The notes under the pieces: generated by a model | Told to the model about the DNA's origin: nothing | What the model saw: only the letters and a program-made list of their open reading frames with translations | Database searches by the model: none | In this document: positions 62,484 through 64,000 of the stretch, one piece after another | How positions within the stretch are numbered: the first letter of the stretch is position 1 | How the letters are laid out: each line of letters opens with the position of its first letter | DNA from: Nemertoderma westbladi | Taxonomy: Eukaryota > Animalia > Xenacoelomorpha | Length of the DNA: 64,000 nt | Reading direction: 5' to 3' | NCBI GenBank assembly: GCA_032718475.1 | Contig: JAUCBJ010001077.1 | Location: 1-64,000 of the forward strand | Program-made: the position numbers and the translations under genes

Positions 62484-62951
62484 AAACGCTGGCAGACTAC
62501 CACCAAGCCTAAATAAACTACAGTATGTGTAAATTCCAAAATGGTTAGTTAGTATGCGTTCTAACACGGTAGTACGACTTATTCTTTAAGAGGGGATTGA
62601 CCTTACAGCTATGGCTGCCCCAACTTACTAACTGGCACTCTATCGGACAAACTCTACACACGCAGCAATCTCTTCAGACCTAATAATAGCTAGACAACAA
62701 TCCAGCCTACAAAATATCTGAGTAATAACTATTATGGTACCTGAACAGACCACACAAACAAACACAGGCCAAAACGCTGGCAGAATACTGTCAAGCCTAA
62801 ATAAACTACAGTATGTGCAGATTCCAAAATTGTTAGTTAGTATGCGTTCTAACACGGTAGTACGACTTATTCTTTAAGAGGGGATTGACCTTACAGCTAT
62901 GGCTGCCCCAACTTACTAACTGGCACTCTATCGGACAAACTCTACACACGC
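62484..62951. repeat. Direct duplication (288-bp period) in the retrotransposon 5' leader
   Basis: aaacgctggcaga...ctctacacacgc starts at 62484 and 62772; core of about 120 bp identical by eye. Confidence 0.92.
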
Positions 62952-63182
62952 CGTAATCTCTCCAAACCCAACAACAATCTAACAGCAGTCCGGCCTACAA
63001 TTATCTGAACAATCTGAGCAGACTTACACGTCTTCAGCTCAATATTAACTTACATGTAAATAAAACCAACAGAAATAAGTAAAATCTCAATAAAAAATCA
63101 GGGCTGCAGTCCCTGATTAAATACTAAGACCTACCGGTATACAATAATCAAAATCGAATAATACTAATGTACTTATACTGGA

Positions 63183-63310
63183 AGTACCGGTTAGGACAGT
63201 TGGGCCTACGGACCTACAGAAGTACCGGTTCTGGCAGTTGGACCTACGGACCTACAGCAGTACCGGTTCTGGCAGTTGGGCCTACTGACCTACAGAAGTA
63301 CCGGTTCAGG
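63183..63310. repeat. 38-bp tandem repeat (about 3.3 copies) in the retrotransposon leader
   Basis: agtaccggtt at 63183, 63221, 63259 and 63297. Confidence 0.85.
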
Positions 63311-63372
63311 TTTACCGGTCGACCGGTACTTTCAACTTTATTGCTTACTGCAATAAAGTCAATAACTGTTAT

Positions 63373-64000
63373 TGTACGCGCTTTTGAAGACCTTTAGCAG
63401 TTTAACCTGCCAAAATTTATATGTCTTTTGGTTTATAAATATACTTTAGAAGATGACAAATATTTAATACCAATAAACACAACATTAGCAGAAGCCAGCC
63501 TAGTGCGCGTCCATTCACCCGCTGGATATTCCCGGGAGACTGGATTCTGAGGGCTTAGATTATTATTGCAGTGTAAGCTTACTGTACTGTATTATTCGAT
63601 TGATCGTTAATAATTAATTTCTGACTAATATTATTCACTTTCGGGAAATATTAACAGTTCCTTTAGGACGTGGCGCTCTATCTAAGTAAACAGAGATATG
63701 ACTTATACTAATCGCAACGGTAAGTCGGTAAGGCTTAAGATTCACGTATGAGGCGCATTCTTTAGGAAATGCTTAGTTATCAGTCACAATCAGGCACACT
63801 ACCGGTAACATACAATACTGCTCACTAATTTGCCGACCGTCAATGAATTTTATCATATATAAAGAGAACAGCAACGGACCAATGTAGTGCTTATCAAATA
63901 GCATTAAATTCACTACAAACCACAACAATATAAGTCGCAATCGCTATATATAACCCGTCTCTCTAACCTGTAGTGTATCAAGAAAATTGGGAAATTTGGG
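63373..64000 (-). repeat. 5' LTR of the BEL element (partial)
   Basis: Identical by eye to 49040-49667 at a constant offset of 14333. Confidence 0.95.

Larger units (their letters stand above)
49040..64000 (-). mobile_element. BEL/Pao LTR retrotransposon (over 15 kb, runs off the window end)
   Basis: Direct repeats starting TGTACGCG at 49040 and 63373; gag-PR-RT-RH-IN order with BEL/Pao-type Gag and RT motifs. Confidence 0.96.

Overview
AT-rich, repeat-dense eukaryotic DNA, almost certainly an invertebrate animal; no prokaryotic features or CRISPR arrays. Host genes: (1) an intronless cytochrome P450 with a 1-nt frameshift after its membrane anchor (6764-8253, +); (2) an intronless 1253-aa coiled-coil/WD40/Pro-rich protein (-); (3) a small multi-exon gene for a probable tail-anchored protein (about 21475-17467, -); (4) an intronless anion-type Cys-loop channel subunit (-); (5) a multi-exon C2H2 zinc-finger gene with six fingers and a PLDLS motif (30669 to >49030, +). 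The zinc-finger introns hold a 50-bp satellite, a near-full-length CR1/L2-group LINE, RTE fragments, SINEs and TIR elements. The last 15 kb is a large BEL/Pao LTR retrotransposon (-). Its LTRs look identical over the 628 bp visible and it appears to sit 10 nt inside a zinc-finger exon. It has no tRNA-type PBS; instead an 11-mer at the PBS position is complementary to an 11-mer inside its own LTR, a possible Tf1-like self-priming arrangement. It also carries an extra non-env ORF and duplicated UTR modules. Exon models and alignments were made by eye.
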